A stretch of 64,000 nt of DNA, taken from IMG/VR virus record IMGVR_UViG_3300007754_000007, positions 1-64,000 of that record; one strand, 5' to 3'. Shown piece after piece: positions 17,980 through 25,525 of this stretch; position 1 is the first letter of the stretch, and every line of letters starts with the position of its first letter. The position numbers and the translations under genes were made by a program. The notes beneath the pieces are model-generated. The model was not told the origin of the DNA. It did not search any database and saw nothing but the letters and a program-made list of their open reading frames with translations. Source of the stretch: a virus. Lineage: Duplodnaviria > Caudoviricetes.

Positions 17980-18007
17980 TGGTAGGCCCTAGGGACTCGA
18001 ACCCAGG
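17980..18007 (-). pseudogene. orphan tRNA 3' fragment (T-arm, acceptor strand, CCA)
   Basis: CCTGGGTTCGAGTCCCTAGGGCCTACCA with no 5' half. Confidence 0.65.
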
Positions 18008-18014
18008 ATGGAGA

Positions 18015-18359
18015 TGGGTCTTCTGGGGATTGAACCCAGGACCGGCGGATTACGTCCCAGCACACGGTTTCTCGTGCCACCTCGAAGGGGCTTGCTGGGC
18101 TGGACTATCTCATCACCCGTTCTGGGTGTCGCACGTATAGTCTCTGAGGGCTCTCCCAATCCCAGGATCCGTCTTCCCTCTCGGGATCCCGTCTGTAGGG
18201 GTTGCCTGCTGATTGCCCAATCCCCGACACTGTCACGCGAAGGGGCGTGGTCGGGGCTCTCAGGGTGTTCCAGCATACAGTGCGATGTTCACCTCAGTAT
18301 TCCTACTGAGGGCTTCCATTTTCGAAAGTCCGCTGCTCTCCCAACTGAGCTAAAGACCC
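18015..18359 (-). tRNA. tRNA-Lys(TTT) split by a group I intron (exons 18325-18359 and 18015-18052)
   Basis: joined exons give GCGGA-CT-TT^T-AA-TCCGC and a complete cloverleaf. Confidence 0.9.
18053..18324 (-). ncRNA. group I self-splicing intron (272 nt, no internal ORF)
   Basis: P TATGCTGGAA, Q AATCAGCAGG, R TCAGAGACTA, S GATGAGATAGTCC, terminal G; P1 with U.G pair at the 5' splice site. Confidence 0.9.
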
Positions 18360-18956
18360 AAGAAGTTCTGTAACAAAAGTGGTGCGTTCCTCCCCCTGGA
18401 GCTTCTGGAACTCCGACCATCGAACCCGGACAACCCGCCACCCACAGGCTTTGAGTTTTTCTGTCCTCCTCTGGTCGTGCCCTACAAGCCGAGGATCGAG
18501 ATAGTGCTGCTCTCCATCTATCTCGAGATCTACTCGTACATCGGGAAACGCGAAATCGAGACGATACGTGCCGAGGGGGAACTGTTCTTCAAACACAAGA
18601 CCTGCATTCTCTAAACACGTCTTCCAGTAGATCTCAGGATAGCTGGGTCCTTTGCTGTAGTGATTCACCGCGTACCCTGCACGCGAGGGGTTGTCCTGGA
18701 TGAACTTCCGCAGGGAGAGGCTTATCTTCTCGCGGGTCTCGGGGCTGTGTCTTCTTCGCTTCCCGGCGGCAGAAAACTTCTGTCTGATTTCTTCAGGCCA
18801 GGTTTCCCAGGTCCCTTTTGTGAACTGGTTCTGTCCTTTCTTCCCCAACATCCCCCGAGGATGCTCGGCTCGGTCCGGATTTTCCCGACATAGCCGCTCG
18901 TGCTGTGCTTTGGAGTTCCTGTTCTTCCGGGGAGATCCGCAGTATTGACATTCCAT
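18303..18956 (-). CDS. free-standing endonuclease (NUMOD3-like motif plus DUF559/Vsr-like domain)
   Basis: RHSPETREKIS; YRLDFAFPDVRVDLEIDGEQH...DQRRTEKLKACGWRVVRVRW. Confidence 0.85.
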   Translation of the reverse strand: MECQYCGSPRKNRNSKAQHERLCRENPDRAEHPRGMLGKKGQNQFTKGTWETWPEEIRQKFSAAGKRRRHSPETREKISLSLRKFIQDNPSRAGYAVNHYSKGPSYPEIYWKTCLENAGLVFEEQFPLGTYRLDFAFPDVRVDLEIDGEQHYLDPRLVGHDQRRTEKLKACGWRVVRVRWSEFQKLQGEERTTFVTELLGSLAQLGEQRTFENGSPQ

Positions 18957-19001
18957 GGCACGTGGGAGATATAGTTTCGCTAAAGCAGCTAACCAAAGCA
19001 G

Positions 19002-19074
19002 TGAGTCGCCCGGGGTTCGAACCCGGCATTTCCGGTTTAAGAGACCGGTGCCTCTCCACAGATGCGTGCGACCC
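19002..19074 (-). tRNA. tRNA-Lys(CTT)
   Basis: CCGGT-CT-CTT-AA-ACCGG; weak D-arm. Confidence 0.8.
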
Positions 19075-19154
19075 AAATGGAGCAGAGGGATAACAAGTCT
19101 GGCCTGGACCTGCTGGGTTGAGCTCGAGCCTCCCTCTGCGGGGACTCGGGCAAA

Positions 19155-19437
19155 TCAGTGAGTGCCGACGCCCAGCACGGCTCCGGTGTTCTCATCTATG
19201 GAGACGTCGTACTGGGCCTTCCGGCCGTCAGCCAGGAAGGTCACCCGGAGCAGGACGGTCCCTGGAGGACGCCCCCACTCGCCGTCCTTGACTGGGGTTC
19301 CGGGTGACTCTGGCGAAGGGGAATCTTTGGGAGAATCTCTGGAAGGCGGCGGCGTAGGCGTCGTCCTTCATCTTCCGGGACACTTTGCCTGATTTCAGGA
19401 GACCTTCAGCAGCCAGGATATCGCGCAGCTTGCTCAT
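19155..19437 (-). CDS. small protein with LRxILxxEG leader (probable +1 frameshift near 19303)
   Basis: begins MSKLRDILAAEGL; removing one C gives ...RVTGTPVKDGEWG...AVLGVGTH*. Confidence 0.6.
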
Positions 19438-19487
19438 GAGGAACCTCCGGTCTTCTGCTGGGAGATAGGGTCTCCACCGAGAAGCGC

Positions 19488-19718
19488 TCAGGGGGCCTGG
19501 GGAGCCACTGCTCCGAACTCCAGGTAGAGGTCGATCAGAGCGGATTGGAACCTGTCGACCTCCGGGCCTTCGAAGTTCCATTGGGCAATCCGACGCGCGA
19601 GATCCTGGGAGTCCGATTTCGAGAGGAACATGATTCTTCCCGCAGGGTAGCGCGGGCGCAGAGTCTCCAGCATCTGCCGGATATCTGCAATCGCTTCCTC
19701 GATCGTTGGGGCGCTCAT
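19488..19718 (-). CDS. hypothetical protein
   Basis: AGGAGGAG RBS, GGTAAC upstream. Confidence 0.65.
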   Translation of the reverse strand: MSAPTIEEAIADIRQMLETLRPRYPAGRIMFLSKSDSQDLARRIAQWNFEGPEVDRFQSALIDLYLEFGAVAPQAP

Positions 19719-19766
19719 GTCTCCTCCTGTGAGGAGGGTTACCGCTTGGAGCAGGTAACCTACGGC

Positions 19767-20006
19767 ATGCTCTGCCATATCTCAGCTACGGACTACGACT
19801 GTGAACGCGATGACGACCCTGTTGTGTTGGTCATGCGCTGCGGGATGATCCTCCAACTGGCCGGCCCCACCTGGGAAGTACGGCCCACAGGCCACGACTT
19901 CATAGACCTGGACGGGAACCGCAACTTGGTCACTTGTCCTGAGTGCCGGTTCCCGGACAGGGATACCGGGGAACAAGACCGGAAGATCTACCTCGTCCTG
20001 GGTTGA
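19767..20006 (+). CDS. hypothetical Cys-containing protein
   Basis: ATG 7 nt after GGTAAC; VTCPEC. Confidence 0.55.
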   Translation: MLCHISATDYDCERDDDPVVLVMRCGMILQLAGPTWEVRPTGHDFIDLDGNRNLVTCPECRFPDRDTGEQDRKIYLVLG

Positions 20007-20070
20007 AATGGTGGGAGCGCCTTGGTGTCCTGGAGATTCGCATGCAATCCCAGGGACTCTCCCAAAAATC

Positions 20071-20955
20071 CTATAGGCCCCGTCGGTATTTCCTTCCCTT
20101 CTGCCAACCTTCTACAAGCCATTTGGGGAGCTCGTGTTCCCGAACTCTCTTGGCCTGTCCAGAAGGGCCACACACCCAAACCCGAGGGGCCATTCCTTTT
20201 CTCCATCCCAAGGCTGTAACCCTCTGGGCCTCCTCCGGAGAGACTTTCCTCTCTTCTTGACCCAAATGGACCCAACAGAATCCCTTGGTCAGAGAAGGCT
20301 TGCCTTGTAGGTGTCTCTTGGCTGCTTTGGATATCTTTAGGCGGCCTTCAGGGGAGATTTTACAAGCGCGTCCGAGTACCCACCCCCGTCTCTGCATTTC
20401 TTCCAGGTCTCCCGGAAGAATGAGAGATTCCCCCTGTTCTGTGTGATTGACATAGATCCTTCCAACAGGATCGGGACGGATTCTTGACAGAAGGGGTGTC
20501 ATTTTCTCTCTGAACCGAGGCCCCCGCCCCCGCTTCCAACCCAGAACCATCCACTCCCCGACCACTTCCTTCCGGACCTTCCGAGGTTTCTCGCCTTCCA
20601 TCCAGACCCAGACCTTTCCGTACTGAGAGTTCTTTGGGCCCTTCTGGGCGTCGTACCAGCCGGGGCTCTCCACACCTCCTTCCATCAAGTTGTAGGTATC
20701 GGCGCGCTTGGCGAAGGCTGCTGTTACGAGCTCCTTCTCCTTCGCATAGGCTTCGGATCGGGTCTCGAAAATGAACAGGACTTCCTTGGTGAACTGGTCT
20801 CGCCCGTGCTTCAAGATGGCGGACTGGAGTACGGAACCGGATCCGAGGTAGGCGTCGTTGGGGTCCCGGGTCTTGTGGACTCCGATGTAAATCTTTCCGT
20901 TGGCGAGACAGGTCGTTCTGTAGACGGTGAAAACGACAGGAGGTAGGGAAGACAT
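20071..20955 (-). CDS. GIY-YIG (Seg-like) homing endonuclease 1
   Basis: [17 protein letters not shown]...YLGSG...E...YNL; four W-x-GW-x-x-GR-type repeats. Confidence 0.92.
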   Translation of the reverse strand: MSSLPPVVFTVYRTTCLANGKIYIGVHKTRDPNDAYLGSGSVLQSAILKHGRDQFTKEVLFIFETRSEAYAKEKELVTAAFAKRADTYNLMEGGVESPGWYDAQKGPKNSQYGKVWVWMEGEKPRKVRKEVVGEWMVLGWKRGRGPRFREKMTPLLSRIRPDPVGRIYVNHTEQGESLILPGDLEEMQRRGWVLGRACKISPEGRLKISKAAKRHLQGKPSLTKGFCWVHLGQEERKVSPEEAQRVTALGWRKGMAPRVWVCGPSGQAKRVREHELPKWLVEGWQKGRKYRRGL

Positions 20956-20988
20956 ACCCTCCCCCGATCGATAGCCAATCTAAAATGG
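20071..20988 (-). mobile_element. GIY-YIG element inserted in the T-loop of tRNA-Asp
   Basis: junction GGGGGTTCG^CCATTTTAGATTGGCTATCG; right boundary uncertain. Confidence 0.7.
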
Positions 20989-21047
20989 CGAACCCCCGGC
21001 CTCCGGAGTGACAGTCCGGTGCTACCTGCCAGCTGAGCTACATCCCC
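20989..21047 (-). pseudogene. tRNA-Asp(GTC) truncated at the T-loop
   Basis: CCGGA-CT-GTC-AC-TCCGG, ends at TTCG; no matching 3' strand found. Confidence 0.85.
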
Positions 21048-21070
21048 TGACGCCTCCGAGGAGGCAAGGG

Positions 21071-21280
21071 TCAACTCTCCAAGTCGGCGATGTGGATTTC
21101 TCCCCCGCTGATCTTGGTGTGTACCCCTTTGGAATTGATGACCACGTCATCGTATCCCACGGAACCTTCGATCGAAACCCACGCACTGCCGCAGCAGCCG
21201 CAGCCTGAGATCTCAGCTCCGTACTTCTTCATGACCTTGGCAATCTCCTCAGAGAACGCCAACCACCTTGCCTTATCCAT
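21071..21280 (-). CDS. hypothetical protein
   Basis: GCGCCGS motif, GGAGG RBS. Confidence 0.65.
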   Translation of the reverse strand: MDKARWLAFSEEIAKVMKKYGAEISGCGCCGSAWVSIEGSVGYDDVVINSKGVHTKISGGEIHIADLES

Positions 21281-21342
21281 GAGAACCTCCTGGTGTCTAC
21301 CGACGACTTCCAGAGGGCTTCGGGGTTCGGCTATGTGAGAAG

Positions 21343-21416
21343 TAGGTGAGACAGGACTCGAACCTGCGACCCCCGACGTGTAAAGACGGTGCTCTCCGCT
21401 ACTGAGCTACTCACCT
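21343..21416 (-). tRNA. tRNA-Val(TAC)
   Basis: CCGTC-TT-TAC-AC-GTCGG. Confidence 0.88.
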
Positions 21417-21422
21417 ATAAGA

Positions 21423-21496
21423 TGGAGGCCACTTCGGAACTCGAATCCGATCCACCCCCATACCACAGGGGCGAGCATCCCATGACTCAGCGGCCT
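21423..21496 (-). tRNA. atypical tRNA-His(GTG)-like gene
   Basis: 8-bp acceptor with A-1:U73, T-arm, CCA, central GTG; irregular D-arm and anticodon arm. Confidence 0.5.
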
Positions 21497-21908
21497 AAAT
21501 GTCTTCCGAGTCCGCCCAGGAGGTTGCCTCGGGAAGCTCTGTCTGGAACTCGGGAACGGAGGGAGCGTCCTCAGGGATCTGAGTCTTCATGTTCTTCGCC
21601 ATCGCTGCGGCGAACTCGATGCCCTCGGGATGTTCCTCGAAGTAGATGTCCCTCTCGGCATCGGTGGTCTGGCGCCACGTACCGTCGGGGTCTTGTGTGT
21701 AGTAGTAGGAGTCCGGCTTCCCGGTCCAGAAGCCCAGGCCCGTAGCGAAGAGCATCAGGGTCTCGGGATCTCCCTCTGGGACTTCGGGCTCGAAGACGAA
21801 CTCGCAGAGGAGGTGGGTGATCGGCGGGAACCGCACGTCCCTGATCGTCTTCCCGACCAAGAGCTCTCGGAGGGCCTCTTGGGATTTGCTCGTGGTGTAC
21901 AGGCCCAT
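21495..21908 (-). CDS. hypothetical protein
   Basis: MGLYTT start, GGAGG RBS. Confidence 0.65.
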   Translation of the reverse strand: MGLYTTSKSQEALRELLVGKTIRDVRFPPITHLLCEFVFEPEVPEGDPETLMLFATGLGFWTGKPDSYYYTQDPDGTWRQTTDAERDIYFEEHPEGIEFAAAMAKNMKTQIPEDAPSVPEFQTELPEATSWADSEDI

Positions 21909-22077
21909 AGTGCCTCCGGGGGCATCCAGGAGTCCCCCAGGCAGCACTACCTGAGGGCTTTGGCTCCTTCTGGCGGCCCAGAATCCAACCCCGGGCGGAC
22001 AGGGAACCGTGTATCCTGGCCTACGGAGCGAGTTACCGCTCGTCAGACTATCTGACCTGTCCATACAGGAGCATCTC

Positions 22078-22479
22078 ATGAAGCCTGATCCCCGCCGTGT
22101 CGCTGCTGCTTTCCTTCGGTCTCAAGCTCTCAAGAAGAAAGCGGGAGAGGAAGTGACCAAGACGTTCGAGGTGACAGCCCATCCGGATACCATGGAGGTG
22201 TTCGAGAGCTTCCTCGCCTTCCTCCACTACAACGGAGGACACTCGGCGATCTTCGGGATGGCCTTCGACGGCGACGGCCATGATTTCTTGAGGGTCGATC
22301 CAGCCCCGGACAAGAAGTACTCCCAGGCAGCCCAAAACATCGGCGGAGCCGGCCCGGAGCTCGAACTCGCCAAGGGGCGCGACGGCTACGAGGCGCTCAA
22401 CATCGACCGGGACAAGCGTTCCTGGCACATGGGACTCGAGGACAAGGAACCCTCCCAGTATGAGGACCAGGAAGAGTAG
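22078..22479 (+). CDS. hypothetical protein with RRVAAAF leader
   Basis: begins MKPDPRRVAAAFLR; AGGAG RBS, CTAT upstream. Confidence 0.7.
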   Translation: MKPDPRRVAAAFLRSQALKKKAGEEVTKTFEVTAHPDTMEVFESFLAFLHYNGGHSAIFGMAFDGDGHDFLRVDPAPDKKYSQAAQNIGGAGPELELAKGRDGYEALNIDRDKRSWHMGLEDKEPSQYEDQEE

Positions 22480-22483
22480 GTGA

Positions 22484-22557
22484 TGGAGCCGGTGAGATTT
22501 GAACTCACAGCCTGCTGCGTGCGAAACAGCTGCTCTGCCAATTGGAGCTACGACCCC
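22484..22557 (-). tRNA. tRNA-Ala(CGC)
   Basis: G3.U70, GCTGT-TT-CGC-AC-GCAGC. Confidence 0.9.
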
Positions 22558-22571
22558 ATAGAAGTGTGAGA

Positions 22572-22647
22572 TGGAAGGGGTGGCCGGATTCGAACCAGTC
22601 TCCTCGAGGGCCAGAACCTCGTGTGCTGCCAGTTACACCACACCCCT
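22572..22647 (-). tRNA. tRNA-Gln(CTG)
   Basis: CGAGG-TT-CTG-GC-CCTCG, CCA. Confidence 0.9.
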
Positions 22648-22873
22648 GAAATCTACAAGTTCTAAGATCTTCTCCCCGGAACCCACCCGGCAGCAATAAG
22701 CTCAGCTGCCTCCTCGGGGGAGCAGCGGCGAGTTTCCCCGAGGGGGGCATACCCACTTTTTCCCAGAAGCGCCCGGAGCCCTATGTCCCGTCGTGAGGAT
22801 TTCCGCAATTCTCGCATCCCATAATCCGCCCAGGTCTTGAACCTGGGAAGGCTTGGTTATAGGGCGGCTATTA

Positions 22874-22958
22874 TGGCGGGCCAGGCTGGACTCGAACCAG
22901 CATAGAGCTTTCACTCACGGGTTAACAGCCCGTTGTTCAACCTTTGAACCACTGACCC
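22874..22958 (-). tRNA. tRNA-Asn(GTT) with long variable arm
   Basis: ACGGG-CT-GTT-AA-CCCGT, variable arm GAGTGAAAGCTCTAT, G73, CCA. Confidence 0.85.
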
Positions 22959-23013
22959 AGAAATACGGACAGGGTATTGACCCTATCGGAAAAGGTGGTT
23001 GTAGGAGCCCCCC

Positions 23014-23526
23014 ATGACCTATCGGAATCTCCGAACCCTGCTCGCCGAAGAAGGGATTCTCACCACCGCCTCTCCGCGAGGAGGTATGAAGCGGTTCAAG
23101 GTCCAATCTCGAGGAGGGAAGGGAACTGTCCTCCTGACCCCCGCCCAGGCCAAGCTTCTCAAGCTGGTTCCGGGAGGTCGGGGACGGCGCTGGGAGGTCG
23201 CGTTCTTCCGAGGCTACGTTCGGGGTGTCGTGTGGGAGAGGGAGGCTCGGAACCCGTCGGAGACTCCCCACAAGAAGCTTCGACAGGCGGAATCCATGGG
23301 CCTCTCCAAGCTGCCCAGGGAAGGGAGCAAGAGAAGGTTCCGGGATACCGAGGGGAACATCATCTCGTTCGACTTCTTCGAAGGCCTCATCCACGGAAGC
23401 CGCTACTCGATTGATCTCCGGTTCTACATGCCGATGGAGCTGGAAGAAGACCAGGCGCGGGACAACCGCGAAAGGGAACGGAGGAACCCCACGCCCCCTA
23501 TTCCTCAGCCTTCGAACACCTGGTAG
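23014..23526 (+). CDS. protein with LRxxLAEEG leader
   Basis: begins MTYRNLRTLLAEEGIL; AGGAG RBS. Confidence 0.7.
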   Translation: MTYRNLRTLLAEEGILTTASPRGGMKRFKVQSRGGKGTVLLTPAQAKLLKLVPGGRGRRWEVAFFRGYVRGVVWEREARNPSETPHKKLRQAESMGLSKLPREGSKRRFRDTEGNIISFDFFEGLIHGSRYSIDLRFYMPMELEEDQARDNRERERRNPTPPIPQPSNTW

Positions 23527-23532
23527 AGATGA

Positions 23533-23606
<74 letters not shown>

Positions 23607-23613
23607 ACATGAG

Positions 23614-23683
23614 TGGAGACGACGGAGGGAACTGACCCCTCGTCCATAGGTTTTGCAGACCCAGGTCCACCTTGGTCGCCGTC
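23614..23683 (-). tRNA. atypical tRNA-Cys(GCA)
   Basis: CT-GCA-AA loop, U73-CCA, reduced D-arm, T-loop GTCAGTT. Confidence 0.6.
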
Positions 23684-23721
23684 GATAGTTTATCGTGCTC
23701 TCCTGTTCCAAGGAGGATTTC

Positions 23722-24069
23722 ATGTCGATCCAAGAGGACACCCAAGCGGTTCGCCAAGCAATGAAGGACCTGGGCATCCAGAAGGAGGCCTCTTGGGCTG
23801 CCCTCTGGGAGCGAGTCAAAGAGGCTCTGAGCGGAATCCCCGGTCTCAAGGTGGCAGCGCGCCATACCGACAAGGTCGACCCGAACTCCATGACGAACAT
23901 CTACTTCGGCCAGGGAGACCACAGCGCCTTCTACCTGATCACTCGCCACGCAGCGTGCCGGAAGAAGAACCAGATCGACAGGGCCCTCCGGGATGCTCTT
24001 CAGACGGACGAAGAGCGGTGGCTTGAGTCCGAGTGCTACCGGATGGTCCCCACTCGAGGGATCCTGTAG
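23722..24069 (+). CDS. hypothetical protein
   Basis: AAGGAGG RBS, MSIQED start. Confidence 0.65.
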   Translation: MSIQEDTQAVRQAMKDLGIQKEASWAALWERVKEALSGIPGLKVAARHTDKVDPNSMTNIYFGQGDHSAFYLITRHAACRKKNQIDRALRDALQTDEERWLESECYRMVPTRGIL

Positions 24070-24071
24070 GG

Positions 24072-24389
24072 CTACCCGTCGGCAACGGGCGTCGTCAGGA
24101 GATGGGCTGCGGCAAGTCTCTCCAGAACCCGCTCGGTCTCCTGAACCAGCCAGTCCAAGCCATCTTGCGAGTAGACGTCAATGGAGTTGGAGACCCTGAG
24201 GTCTCCGGCGTCGTGGTCTGCGGTGACCAGAACGAGGGCAACCCCGTGGACTCGGTTCCCCTTTGGGATCTCTGCAACTGCCTTGGCCAGAGTCTTGGAC
24301 AGGATCCGAGGATCGTATAGCTCCTCCGCTGAGAGGGCTCCCAGGTCGTCCAAGGCTTCCTGTAGAGTCTCAGGCAAAGGAGCAATCAT
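24072..24389 (-). CDS. hypothetical protein
   Basis: MIAPLP start just after tRNA-Pro, AAGGA RBS. Confidence 0.6.
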   Translation of the reverse strand: MIAPLPETLQEALDDLGALSAEELYDPRILSKTLAKAVAEIPKGNRVHGVALVLVTADHDAGDLRVSNSIDVYSQDGLDWLVQETERVLERLAAAHLLTTPVADG

Positions 24390-24406
24390 AGGTGTCGTCC
24401 TTGAAG

Positions 24407-24483
24407 TGGTCGGGGCGGCCGGATTCGAACCTGCGACCGCTCGGCCCCCAGCCGAGTGCGCTGCCAGACTGCGCCACTCTCCG
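24407..24483 (-). tRNA. tRNA-Pro(GGG), apparently chimeric
   Basis: CTCGG-CT-GGG-GG-CCGAG; two acceptor mismatches and one T-stem mismatch. Confidence 0.8.
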
Positions 24484-25424
24484 AATTTAGCGTCTCTTCT
24501 TCGAGCCCATTCCACGGACCCAACCCTCTTGGGAGTACCTCGTAAATTGGGTGGCTGGGATTTTACGTCGGGACCCAGAATTGTTGTGTATCCAGACACA
24601 CCCCCATTGAGAGTGTGTTTCCCCAGGCCTTCCACACTCTGGTCTTTTAGACCCTTTGTCGGGACTTTCCCTACCTCCCCGTGCCCATCCTTGACCTAAA
24701 TATGCCTTGACCTCGTTGTCTGAGACATACTTGTAAACCCCATCTCGGTTCATGAGGGTTTTGCCTTTTGAGAAAGGCTCAACACCCTTCCGCGCTTGGG
24801 AGATAGTTTTCCGGAACTTTGGGCTCCCTCCTGTCTCCCATCCCTTCTCCAGATAGGTTTGGAGATCTTGGGGAGGCACATATTTCATGTTTTCCCCGAG
24901 ATGGATACAAACCCGGCCCTTTTCCAAGGGGGGTGGGACAGGACGCTTGAAGTTGGGCCCTCTACCGCGAGACCATCCTTCCGCCAGAAACTGTCCCAGA
25001 TCTTCTTTTTTGACCTTGCGAGGCTTCTCGCCCTCCGCCCATATCCAGACAGTTCCGTGAGAGGGGTTTTTGGATCCCCGACGATCCCTGTACCAACCAG
25101 GGCCCTCCACTCCTCCTGCCATCACGTTGTAGGTGTCTGCCCGCTTGGCGAACGCTGCGGTGACGAGTTCCTTTTCCTTGGCGTATGCCTCAGCACGGGT
25201 CTCGTAGATGAACAGGATCTCCTTGGTGAAATGGTCTCGACCATACTTCTTCACGGCAGCGGAGATCAGCTTCCCTGAGCCCAGGTACGTGTCATGGGGG
25301 TTCCGCGTCTTGTGAACCCCGATGTAGATCTTCCCGTTGACCAGACAGGTTGTTTTGTAGACGGTGAAGACGGCAGGAGGCTTGGTAGGCATACCCTACA
25401 AGGGCGATAGTCAATCCAAAACGG
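24426..25424 (-). mobile_element. GIY-YIG plus tRNA 5' part, inserted in the T-loop of tRNA-Pro(GGG)
   Basis: excising 24426-25424 restores a fully paired tRNA-Pro; GGTTCG is repeated at both ends. Confidence 0.75.
24487..25392 (-). CDS. GIY-YIG homing endonuclease 2
   Basis: [17 protein letters not shown]; four GW repeats. Confidence 0.92.
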   Translation of the reverse strand: MPTKPPAVFTVYKTTCLVNGKIYIGVHKTRNPHDTYLGSGKLISAAVKKYGRDHFTKEILFIYETRAEAYAKEKELVTAAFAKRADTYNVMAGGVEGPGWYRDRRGSKNPSHGTVWIWAEGEKPRKVKKEDLGQFLAEGWSRGRGPNFKRPVPPPLEKGRVCIHLGENMKYVPPQDLQTYLEKGWETGGSPKFRKTISQARKGVEPFSKGKTLMNRDGVYKYVSDNEVKAYLGQGWARGGRESPDKGSKRPECGRPGETHSQWGCVWIHNNSGSRRKIPATQFTRYSQEGWVRGMGSKKRR

Positions 25425-25482
25425 CGAACCGACGATCTCCTGTCCCCCAGACAGGCGCGCTACCAGACTGCGCTACACCCCG
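25425..25482 (-). pseudogene. tRNA-Pro(GGG) 5' part truncated at the T-loop
   Basis: CCTGT-CT-GGG-GG-ACAGG, ends GTCGGTTCG^. Confidence 0.85.
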
Positions 25483-25525
25483 TAGTTGGACCGCCTATTC
25501 CCGTGTACGTAGGTGGAGGCGTCGC

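Noticed and set aside
18957-19076. N-terminal extensions of ORFs running through tRNAs (also 24390-24635, 28419-28592, 16519-16656)
   Set aside because: They overlap tRNA genes; better starts lie downstream.
20071-20988. GIY-YIG inserts as self-splicing introns in the T-loop
   Set aside because: No P/Q/R/S core or group II domain V; almost all of the insert is ORF; no matching 3' exon found for Asp or Leu.
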